A stretch of 61,967 bases of DNA, the filler included, from Basidiobolus ranarum (taxonomy: Eukaryota): assembly GCA_040143965.1 (NCBI GenBank). It is 26 parts of 26 records of this genome, joined end to end, with 100 filler letters (N's around TTAATTAATTAA, not from the genome) between each part and the next. Parts side by side here need not be neighbours in the genome. Positions count along the whole stretch, not along the records: positions 35,861 to 38,146 come from JASJQH010003526.1; positions 38,247 to 40,531 come from JASJQH010003527.1; positions 40,632 to 42,915 come from JASJQH010003528.1; positions 43,016 to 45,298 come from JASJQH010003529.1; positions 45,399 to 47,681 come from JASJQH010003530.1; 21 more parts are not named here. The stretch is one strand, 5' to 3'. The notes beneath the pieces are model-generated. The model had not been told where the DNA came from and searched no databases. It saw only the letters and a list, made by a program, of their open reading frames with translations. Positions 37,192 through 47,781 of this stretch are shown here, piece by piece. The translations under genes and the position numbers were made by a program. Every line of letters starts with the position of its first letter. Position 1 is the first letter of the stretch.

Positions 37192-37893
37192 TTAGTGTTG
37201 CAATAACAACACAGGATTATTTGCTTTTTTCGTTAGTCGACTGCTGCTAGCTGACGAGATACCCTTTCTTTTATACCCGGTGGTGGAGAGAGGTTCCTTC
37301 AATCTGCAAAAACGTTCTGGTCTTTCTCCAGTTGAGCGCAAGTTAAAAAGGATATGTCTAAAGTTCAAAGTAGCAGCTGGGTTACGATTCCAAAGACAAA
37401 GGGGAGAATCTTCAGTAGTATTGGCCACGACCTTTAAACACTGTTGGTTTTTGCACCTAAACAGTAATTAGGTTGGAATTTTTTACTTGCATACAAAAAG
37501 CGCTTACCTTGAAAGGCCGTGACAATATACAATAGGATACTTTTCTCTTTTGTATGGTCTAGGATTTTGGACTTTCTGAAACTCTTCCAGTTCACCGTTC
37601 TGGCAAGTAGAGCACAAACTTGAAGTTTTAAACTCGTCAAGGAGGTATAGCTGGAAGCCTTCTTTGGCTAACACTTTTCTCATTCCAACGCCTCTATTGG
37701 GCCCATGATACTTTTCATTTCCCGCCAACCAGTCACCAAGTATTAATATAGTATCATTCCCAAACTTCTCTCAAAGATTCTTGGCAAGCCGCTTGTCTGA
37801 TTGTAGTTGGTTAATGAAACTTGAGAGCTTTATTTTTCTAAAAGGTAACAAACCGCTGATATGCTGGTCTTCTCCTGCAGGGTGATCCTCACT
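37192..37893 (-). pseudogene. Fz1: Fanzor1 (TnpB-derived RNA-guided endonuclease), C-terminal RuvC-II/zinc finger/RuvC-III half, with a spliceosomal intron
   Basis: Spliced translation: PFRKIKLSSFINQLQSDKRLAKNL*EKFGNDTILILGDW...RGVGMRKVLAKEGFQLYLLDEFKTSSLCSTC...NPRPY...CHGLSR|CKNQQC...LWNRNPAATLNFRHILFNLRSTGERPERF. Intron 37457-37507 (GTAAGC...CTAAT...TAG); premature TGA at 37771-37773. Confidence 0.88.
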
Positions 37894-38768
37894 TTAGTAA
37901 TTAGGGGGGAGATGAAAAACACCAGGTGGTGTGGACTTTCTTTAGTTAAATACTAATCTAAACAAAGTGACAATCAAGACATCAATCTTTTAAGATATTG
38001 TGACAATACTGGATCATATCCATACTTAACTTGATGACCAATATAATCCAGTTATGAGGATGTAAATGCAGTGTTAAGAGGTAAAGGTGGTAAGCATAAA
38101 GGAAGATACTCAGTACAAACCAAATGGACAATAAGACAAAAACCTGNNNNNNNNNNNNNNNNNNNNNNNNNNNNNNNNNNNNNNNNNNNNTTAATTAATT
38201 AANNNNNNNNNNNNNNNNNNNNNNNNNNNNNNNNNNNNNNNNNNNNTGAGGTACCAATTTCTCTTTGGCATTCTTACTTGACTCCTTACAAAATATCCGA
38301 AGCAAGGGGCTGCTAATTTGCACTGTTAATGAGGACAGACGCTCGAGGAGTAAGATGCTTTGGCCAGCGGTAAAGTCAATAGTGCTGGGATTTAGATTTT
38401 ACCGAGAGGGAAAGTGGATCATGTATTACTGTGAATCATCATATACCTTCATTTTCCTACGATTACCACCAACGAGTAGCATGCAGCGCTACAAAATGAA
38501 ATGGATGATTGGCAAGGAGTTGATTTGTCATGGCATCTATGAGGTAGAGAAATCTTGTTTCGTAAGCCTTAGACGAGTTTGAAGTAATAAAAAAACCGAT
38601 GAACACGGATCGTTCTGACTAACCCTTTTAAGGATTAATGAATTTTCAAGCATAATCCACGTATCCATCGTTAATCTTAGCATGAATCCAACTGAAACTA
38701 GAGCAATAACGAGACTTGTGGAAGATCCATATATTCCAAGTTGAAATCGTCATCATACTTCAGGTGAA

Positions 38769-38790
38769 GGTTAGGGTTAGGGTTAGGGTT
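38769..38790 (+). repeat. Interstitial (TTAGGG)3 tract
   Basis: GGTTAGGGTTAGGGTTAGGGTT in the middle of a contig. Confidence 0.9.
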
Positions 38791-40322
38791 CAAAGATAGT
38801 TGAATATTCTTGGAAAAACGTGACTCTCCAAACCAAGATCCCCCCAGTTGATGATCAACCCAATACAAAATAATTCACCACTCGCTCTTGTGAGGATATA
38901 TTTTGCTTACAGTTCGTGCTTTTCCATTTTTTGGGTTGTGATTATAGCGGTTGTTTAATCGATACTGTGTGATGATAGAAGAACAGTTATGGATGAATAT
39001 GATGACAAAGGGGTAGAGGGATTCGAACTATAAGGCACCCTACCCTCACCATTGAAGGTAATACACAAGAAATGTAAAAAGCTATTGAAATGATAAGAGG
39101 GTGAAGTGAAAGTCGGAATCAGAGAGCTAGAGGAAATACTCCAGAGTCAGATGGTAGCCAAAAATACCTTCCGGTGCATCCAGATCTCCATATCAACTTC
39201 TCTGGCTCAAAAACCACTTCGTATGGTTGTATGGTAACGATCAAGGTGTCTGCGGGTGATGAAAAATGAGGTGAAATTGAGTGGACAGAGTGGGGTCGGG
39301 TCAGATCAGAGTGGAATGTGACCTAACGAGACTTGACGAGAACTGGGGTGAGGTGAAATCATGGGAAATAGAGAGACATACCATGTCATTTGCTGGTTAC
39401 TTAGAACTATCGAACTACAAGTTTATTCAGTGAAAATAACATATAGTCATCCTTGATATAAGGTGTGTTATTGAACACGATGATCAAGAATCTGAACTAA
39501 CTGATAGCCCTTTCTGTGGAATCTTACCCGCCCTACTACCATTACCAACATCATTACCATTCCATCGAGCCTATCATAGCTCCTCCCGTACATACGGAGT
39601 TTCCCGGCCATGACCTGATAAGAAGTAGCACTGTATGGTAAAGTACATTTTAAAGAATATTTACTGATTGAATCTATTTATTGTAAAATAATTTCGAGTT
39701 GGTTCGAATCTTTCAATAAAACACACAGTATTCTTACTCAACACTAGTACCTTCCAATAACCTTCGAGTGCAAGGGCAAGGCCAGAATCGCTGAGGTCCA
39801 TTCCAATTAGAGATATTTAACCTTTAGCTTGTTCTTCAATATAAAGTAGAAACCTGGGATTATTGAACATGTCACGCTATGCATCACTCCTTGCAGAATT
39901 TGTTGACCCAAACCAGTGAACATTGGGCAGTTATTACCATTATTTCCATTTGCTTTTGGAAAACATTTCAAGATGCTTCTAAAATTACATGGTAGAAATT
40001 AGTACTGATCATAGTACTAATATTGCAAGCAGCTTACAGACAGATATTGAAATCCCTCCACATAGAAAACTACTTGAGAAGATTGTGAACAAAAATAATT
40101 GGTAGGTTTCTTTCCAAATGATATCAAGGCAGGTAGTATGCAAAATTTGAATCCTAAGTCTAAGTCGTACATATATTGAGAGAAGTAATAGTCTATCTTA
40201 GCTGTAATTTTCTATTGGGGGATCTGGTCATAATGAGGATAGACTTTGCTATTTAGAGACAACTTGTGATACTGTTTTAGTTGGATTATTCTTAAGAGAA
40301 TATAATGACTTATATAGCAGAG

Positions 40323-40531
40323 TGTCACAATAAGGAACTGGACAAGGACTGGGAACAATGACAAGAGGCTATAAGGTAGGAGAGTACTTGGGTGTAGACC
40401 ACAAGACAAGACAAGATTGGACAGGAAGATACTTTGGCAAGAATCTTTATTGATAACTGGCATTGATCAGACTGAGGTCTGATCAAGAAATACATGGTGC
40501 TTATATAGATATTGCAAGGTGAAACATAATA
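40323..40531 (-). mobile_element. LTR family D, partial
   Basis: Matches 51761-51970 and the reverse complement of 55065-55288. Confidence 0.85.
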
Positions 40532-40631
40532 NNNNNNNNNNNNNNNNNNNNNNNNNNNNNNNNNNNNNNNNNNNNTTAATTAATTAANNNNNNNNNNNNN
40601 NNNNNNNNNNNNNNNNNNNNNNNNNNNNNNN

Positions 40632-40750
40632 GGGATGAAAAAATGACTGATAGAAAAACCAGAACAATATTGTCACAATACCAGCATAATACCATCATAA
40701 AACAGTCAGAAAATAGTATAAAATACCAATTCAAGTTTTTTTTGTTAGGG
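40632..40750 (+). mobile_element. Diverged CACTA terminus
   Basis: Ends TTTTTTGTTAGGG like 24704. Confidence 0.45.
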
Positions 40751-41539
40751 GTTGATTACTGGGTTGTGCTGCATGAGCCATGAGATACCAGGGAAGACAG
40801 GACAGTGAGATAAAGAAATGATATTAAGGGCTATTTCTTCTTGATGAGCAATAGACAAGGGTGTCTGCTTTGTCCAAGAAAAAGTGGGTAAAAAGTCTTG
40901 AACTTTACTAACCAAAGAAGCAGTTAAGTGCAGAAACTTAGAACTGTTTTGTCAGGATATATTAGCAGAGCAGATCAAACTAGTACTTGTCATGGGAGTA
41001 GCAGTAGGTTGCTATGTTATGGTAGAGGGCAGATTTGCTAGGCAGCTAGGCTTGGTGTTCTGTAGAAGCTAGTGGATACTATGCTTCAATAGTAATGATT
41101 GGGGAATATTGCATTTGTTGAGAAACACTGAGAAGTGTTGCAATCCTGTATTTGTTGAGACACACACTAAACCAAAAGATTCAGTTAGCTTTATTTATAC
41201 TTTTTGATTGCAAAGTGAATCAGCAAGCACCAAGATAATAGATGACTAATTCTGATAAAAGACAATGTGATTGGATCAATAGATAGATAGATATGTGAGT
41301 CATACATCAGCTGAAGTCATGGCAGTGAAAGATCATTAGTTATGAATCTTATGACTCATATTGACTTGTTTCCGGGCAGATGACTCAGAGGTTAACACTG
41401 ATTGGATAGTGTTCATGTGATTAGTCATATGATCTGATATAACATATATGGGAAAAGATTGTTAGTCATGTGATCAGTCACATTATATAGGTACTGGATA
41501 AGATCAAGTGACTAGTTAGCACTGATGCTAAAGTATGCA

Positions 41540-42845
41540 GATTCTCACACAAGTTGTTAAGTTATGGTAGAAGTTAAACAACTTTGTATGTTGGTGCACA
41601 ACAGTGTCATAAAGGTTATCTCATGTGTTACAGTGCCCAATGATAGCAGCCTTCCATCAATTACTTCCAAAAGGACTGGACTAGATTTCTTGATTATTGG
41701 GATAGAGTGGGAATTCACAAAGGCAGAGTCAATAAAACAGGCAAAAGCATCTTAAACAAGAAGCACAGTTGTTTTTATTGACTTGGAATTGGGTAGGAGG
41801 AGTGTAATGGGCAGCTTTAATGATTGATATTACTGCAGAGATTGCAATATATGGTGAAGAAACATTTTTGAAGAAGTTTGGCCCAACTGCATGATCATTA
41901 TTGTAGCTAGGCATTGATGTTTTTTAATAGTTGGGGAGAGTTCTCTTCTACTTGCATATTGTTGATCTTAGATTCAGGATTCTTGTATGGAGAGTTTCTG
42001 GCTACATGTCCAGGAGCTCCACAACAGAGGCATACATTCTCTTGATGGTGTCAATATTTCTCCTCTGGGCTAAGCTTTCTGAATCAAGTTCAATCAATTT
42101 GGATTGGGTTATCTGCTTGAGCTGTATTTTGTGTTTGATGGGAGGGAGATCTGAAAGTAGTTGAGGAAGGAGAATAGAAAGTAGCAATGTTTCTTTATTG
42201 TTGTCTTTCAAACAACCAGTTGTCACACTGAATTGCCTGATGGATGGTGTCAGTCAAGCTCACTGGGTCAGCTATAGTAAGTTCAAGATCTTGGTTATTT
42301 TTGCAAAGTTCATATTGAAACTGGTTGATCACGGCAGATTCTCCCCCATTAAGATCACAGGCAAGGAGGCAAAATTCTGCAGCATAAGTTAATGTGGGCT
42401 TTGACCCTTGCTCAAGTGTACAGAGCTTGGTAGCTGAAGCTCTTTTCATGTCTGCATTTTCAAATGTAGCTTCCAGCTTAGCAAGGAAGGCAAGGAAATT
42501 TGAAAAAAGTGGAGATTGACTTTGCATCAAAGGAGGAAATCAAGATAGAGCTGTCCCTGATAATAGTATTCCCACTAGGCCTACTTTTGTTTGGTCAGAG
42601 GGTAGCAGTGGAGAGTTAGCTGGACAATGAGTTTTACTTTATTAATAAAACCACAATAGTTTTGGTGACCACTATCAAACTTATTTAGTAAGGAGATCTT
42701 TGGTTCAGGAGTTGGATTTGCAGGATAGTTAGGTGGAGCTGGATTCTGTACTTGAGCAAGTGAAGCACAAAGTTCTTGATTTTCTTGCTGACGCTGAGCA
42801 AGGGCGCACATGATATTATCCATTGTGAGGGCGGGTGGAGACATA
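41540..42845 (-). mobile_element. Ty3/Gypsy gag + protease (Retrotrans_gag/DUF4939-type), decayed
   Basis: EPKISLLNKFDS..CGFINKVKL, LEQGSKPTLTYAAEFCLLA, AIQCDNWLFER; protease region LIDSAFVNSHSIP...EVIDGRLLS. Confidence 0.88.
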
Positions 42846-43015
42846 CTACTTACTTTGTTGGGAGGGGGAAGTGCTAAAACCACAATTTTTGCTAGGAATG
42901 ACAATCCCAATGCAANNNNNNNNNNNNNNNNNNNNNNNNNNNNNNNNNNNNNNNNNNNNTTAATTAATTAANNNNNNNNNNNNNNNNNNNNNNNNNNNNN
43001 NNNNNNNNNNNNNNN

Positions 43016-44518
43016 ATATAGATATAGAGATATTCCTATTTAGAATACAGGGGCTATAGATACGTTGCTTTCTGTTTCTGATATAAGTATCATAACTAAA
43101 GTTAACTATGATGTTGAATAAAGATTAATTATCCAAAACATTTATTGATGATTATACAAGATACACTTGGGTCTACTTTATGGAAAGAGAAAAGGAAGGT
43201 CTCTCTATCTATAGAGACTTTAAAATACTTGTGAAGACTGGAACTGCAACTAAAATAAAGAAAATACATACTAATAATGGTGAAGAATATACTTCAACAG
43301 TATTTAATCACTTTTGCAAAGTATATGGAGTTATGCAAGAAGCTACTGCCCCCTATTTTCCTCAACAAAATGAAGTTGTAGAAAGAGCTAGCAGAGCTAT
43401 AGTAGAAATGGCAAGTTCTACAATAAATGCCCAAATTTTATCTCATAACCTTTAAGTGGAATCTATTGCCACAGCTCTATATCTGAAGAATAGGAGCTAT
43501 ACTAGAAGTCTGTCTATCTCTACATCATATCAAGCTTGGTTTGGAGTTAAACCTGATGTTAAACATTTGAGGATCTTTGGATGCATTCCTTATGTTAAAA
43601 TTGTGATCAAAAATTGATCTATATTTGATCCAAAGATTAAGAAATACATATTTCAGGGTTATTGTACTCAAACTAAGGCCTACAGACTCTATGATACCAA
43701 GTTTTGAAGTTAATCAAGTCCAAGAATATTTTGTTTAATGAAAATATAAAGTTTTCGCCCAAAATGATCTCAGATGATGACAAAAATCCAATTTCTCCTG
43801 ATCCAATCATTGAAGTTGATTCAATCCAAAACAAGGAAGAAAATAGCATTCCTGTGGACTCTTCAACCAACTTTCAACAAACTCTTATCAGATTTAGGTT
43901 ATTCTCAAAAGTCACCAACTATAATATTTCAAGTTAATTGAAGTTGTATCAAATTAGCTAGATATCCCATGTTTCATAATAGAAGCAAATATATAGATAT
44001 TAGATATCACTTCATTAGAGAGACTATAGAGAATAAGTTTATGGACTTAACTTATCATTCTACAGAAGATATGATTGCTGATATATTAACCTAACCATTA
44101 GCTAGACATATTTTTGAGAAATTTAGACCTTTCTTAGGATTAGTTTATATGACTATTTAGTTAAGGAGAGTATTGAAATTAGCATTGCCTAAGTACTTAT
44201 ATAGTCATATATAGCTTAGTACTTGCTTCTCTTATACTTCACTAAGATATTACCCATTATTCTCAATTGGAATTTACTTAGAATATTGACATCAACTTAG
44301 AAGCTCTCAGATATATAGACTTTTCAAACTTGTGCTAGAGGCCCCAAGCCTTGCACACATGTTCCTAGGACCTTCTTTAACACATTCTACACATTAATTT
44401 GTTTACATCCTGACAAAAGTATAAATATCAACTTTCCACCCAATAAATCAATAAGTGAAAGCCACAAATTTCTCTAGTTCTCCAAACCACTTCCAACAGG
44501 CTCCCAAACACTTTAACA
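43016..44518 (+). mobile_element. LTR-E fragment, then Copia integrase and RNase H remnant, PPT and 3' LTR-A (44171-44518)
   Basis: FIDDYTRYTWVYF, HTNNGEEY, PQQNEVVER, HLRIFGC and MIADILT*PL motifs; PPT TTAAGGAGAG. RT is deleted. Confidence 0.9.
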
Positions 44519-45398
44519 GATATTAGGATTTGGTATAGCAAGAATAATACTCTTTACAAGCTTCCCTCTTAAAGATTTTGTTTGAATACTTATCTCCAAA
44601 TTTTGATCTTGGAAATTGCTAAGCTATGGCCTTGGTAGAATCCTAGCTTATTTGCTTCTCTCTACTTACTATTATTAGAACTTGATATAGTTAATGTACA
44701 TTCATGGATAAAGATTATATATCCAAGTTTGTTTCATCCCTGATAACTAATCTCTTTAAGTCTTAATAGTTCTTTGAAATAGATCCAATGAGTTAATGAA
44801 GCTATTTAGCATATAGTATAAAGCCATCTAAAACTGCAGTTGACATTATCTGTCGCTTTCAACTCTGATTGGTTTTATTTTGTTTTAGTGATGCCTCCAC
44901 CGGCTATCGTGGCTGAGTATTGTTACAGAAAAATCACTAAACCAACCTTGCCTTTTCAGTACTAACATAATTCGTATTACATACTTATGATGAGTTCTCA
45001 TCCCCTACTAAGAATCTAGTCAATTATATCAAGTATTAGATTATATTCGATACGGGCTTGAAACATTTGAAGGTTTCCCCCAAAACGTTACCCACAGGCC
45101 TCTAACCAAAATTGGATACATTACAAACTACAACTTTAGTACAACACTACACAAAACCAGTGGAAAGGTCAGCACATCATTGAATTTGCTTCCAAGCAAG
45201 ATTCTTGAAAGACAAGTATCTCCCAGGATTGTCGAAAACACGGAAGCCTAAGACAACTAATAAGATGATAATGAAAAAGTAACGAAGCACTATTTATTNN
45301 NNNNNNNNNNNNNNNNNNNNNNNNNNNNNNNNNNNNNNNNNNTTAATTAATTAANNNNNNNNNNNNNNNNNNNNNNNNNNNNNNNNNNNNNNNNNNNN

Positions 45399-46337
45399 CT
45401 TAATTCCTCATTCAAAAGCCTAGCACCAACATATTCCATTGTTAATGGCTACAATCTTGATTTTTAGGCAATTATGAGGTTACCAAACTTGTCTTGCAGG
45501 CTCCCAAGTAGTGTCATGACTAAGTCATCTGCATTTGGCAGTGCTCTAATGGATGAGAGCAGATCTGCCATGGCTTTAATCTGAGTTTTATAATTAGCCA
45601 TAGACTTAGCAGAATTCATCTGAATGGGGAGTTATTCTTGCCTTAGATATAACTTATTAGCCAAATGTTTAGTCTCATATTGTCTCAAGCCATTTGGATG
45701 TCCTTGGCTGAGTGTATATGCCTCAATTGAGAGTATTGGCGGTGTAGACAAAGTGTAGAGAGTGCTTCCCACTGTTTCTTTTGAAAGGCAAGAATAGATT
45801 CTGTTGGTCCCTTTGGCTCTATTTCTTCTCCTGCAACAAAACCCTAAAGGTCATGGTCTTGTAGCACCATATGCATCTTGAACTTCCTAAGGTTAAAGTC
45901 TGCACCATCAGACTACTCTGTGGAGGCAAAAAGGTTGGTAATAGTACTGGTAGAGATTCTTTAACAGCTAGCTTGGGGCCCATAGCCTGATAAAAGTGTT
46001 TAAGGGATTTGGAAGTGTTTTGGACAAGATTTTCATATGTAAATTAAACACTTATGTTTTATTTAATTGAATATGGCCTATTGATAGTTAACTATGATAA
46101 AGGCCTGTTGGACATGCTTGGATCATAAGAGCATGCCAGTTAGGTGCGGGTGAAAATTTCTGGTAATTTGGTGAAGTTTGGAGAAAATAGTGAAAATTGA
46201 TAAAGTGATCTGATTGCTATTTCTATCAATTAGAGCAATAAACACAGGCTTTTAAATGGCAGAGTTGAGTGCTAAACAATCACAAGGTGAATAAGCTGAT
46301 TAATAAATTATGAATTGCTACATATCTAATTTTGATA
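45399..46337 (-). mobile_element. Copia family C: 5' LTR (46337-45988), PBS and gag
   Basis: PBS GGCTATGGGCCCC directly after the LTR; gag KFKMHMVLQDHDL, ANKLYLRQ, LVMTLLGSL. Confidence 0.88.
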
Positions 46338-46339
46338 TC

Positions 46340-47330
46340 CTCAACAATAAAAACTGCTTCCTCATCTCTAACAGTTGAGCGGGGACTAAAGCTTGGCTAT
46401 AACAAAGAGTCCATTAGAAACCTGTTATTTTCTCCTGCATCTTCTCCTGACATAAACCCATCAGGTCTGGAACAACTGAAGTCAACAACTAGCAGCAAGT
46501 CCTAAAAGGTTTCTGGACTTACTGGTTTAACAAAATATGCACTTCTACCTATGTCATTCTGGTCAAATAACTGTGTTAACTGCATGTTAACTTGACTTTC
46601 ATCAGTGTGACCCAAATTTTGAGCTAGGGCGTTGGAAAAGCACTCTATGGGCAAAACTAAAGTCAATTTTGTGCAATTATTACCACTAATATTAACCAGG
46701 CTTTGTGCAGCTGGTGGCTTTGTACAGTGACCAAGCTTGTAGTTAATTTTTCTATGCAGCATCCAGCTTTCTAGGCATTAGGGCTTGTGATAATAATAGC
46801 AGGGCTTCTTTAAATGTTTGTGTTATAGTATGGGAAGGTCATTATGGAAAAAAGAATACCCAGTATATAGGGTTGGTATTTTGGATATATCCCATCAATA
46901 TCTTCAGCTGACTCTGAGACAATGTCATACATAAGTTATCAGGGATTTACAAGATATTTCTAACAATGGATGGCAATGTTTGCTTATTATAAGATGTTTC
47001 TAAGCAATTTTACTCCATCAAGTTCATCATCTGAACACTTCAATGTCTTAGAAACATACAAAACCTGAATTAATGTTGGCTTTCAAGCAAAAGCCTTCTG
47101 GCAGGAGGGAGGAGAAGCCAGCAAGAATAGAAGCTATAATTGACAAGCATTCTAGCAGTTGACTATTCACTTTGGAAGCATTAACATGTTGAGAAGCAAC
47201 TCATCTTGCAATGAATTAATGATTGGTTTATCATATGTGTTGCTCTTTAAGAACAATGTAAGTAAAGACATTTCAATCACCCTATTACATAGTAAATTAA
47301 TTGTAAAGCAAAGTTCAACAGAAACACTAT
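46340..47330 (+). mobile_element. Older CACTA-family copy (ORF1 start / ORF2 start)
   Basis: HCTKPPAAQSLVNI...VKPVSP on the minus strand; colinear with 47800-48760. Confidence 0.75.
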
Positions 47331-47567
47331 TATACTTGTTTTAGGGTGCATGCAGCAATTATAAATGCAATAATTTTAGGGTTTTGTGAGACTGCCAAAG
47401 GGTGCAATGACCATGGGTAAATACTTCCAGGATATATTGTCATATGGATCTATCTCTTGCCTCTTGGGTCTTTGGGAAAGTGTATCAATCCTCTAGAAAT
47501 GTCCAAGGACTGAAAAATTATGATGCACTGTTCAGATTTTTGTTGAATAATATGCTGGGATCTGATA
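47331..47567 (-). mobile_element. Solo Gypsy LTR (family F, 237 bp)
   Basis: Same length as, and colinear with, the LTR at 61731-61967. Confidence 0.8.
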
Positions 47568-47781
47568 AAAGACTATTCTGGCTTCAACATCCTTTGAGAA
47601 TGATCAGATGAAAAGAGTGTATCCAATCAAAAACAACTGTAAGCTTGGCCAGCAGAGTCTTGGACAAGGATGCAACAGTAGNNNNNNNNNNNNNNNNNNN
47701 NNNNNNNNNNNNNNNNNNNNNNNNNTTAATTAATTAANNNNNNNNNNNNNNNNNNNNNNNNNNNNNNNNNNNNNNNNNNNN

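Noticed and set aside
38247-40320. ORF 38265-38582 and purine-rich tracts
   Set aside because: No recognisable protein; (TTAGGG)3 is mid-contig, so this is not a chromosome end.
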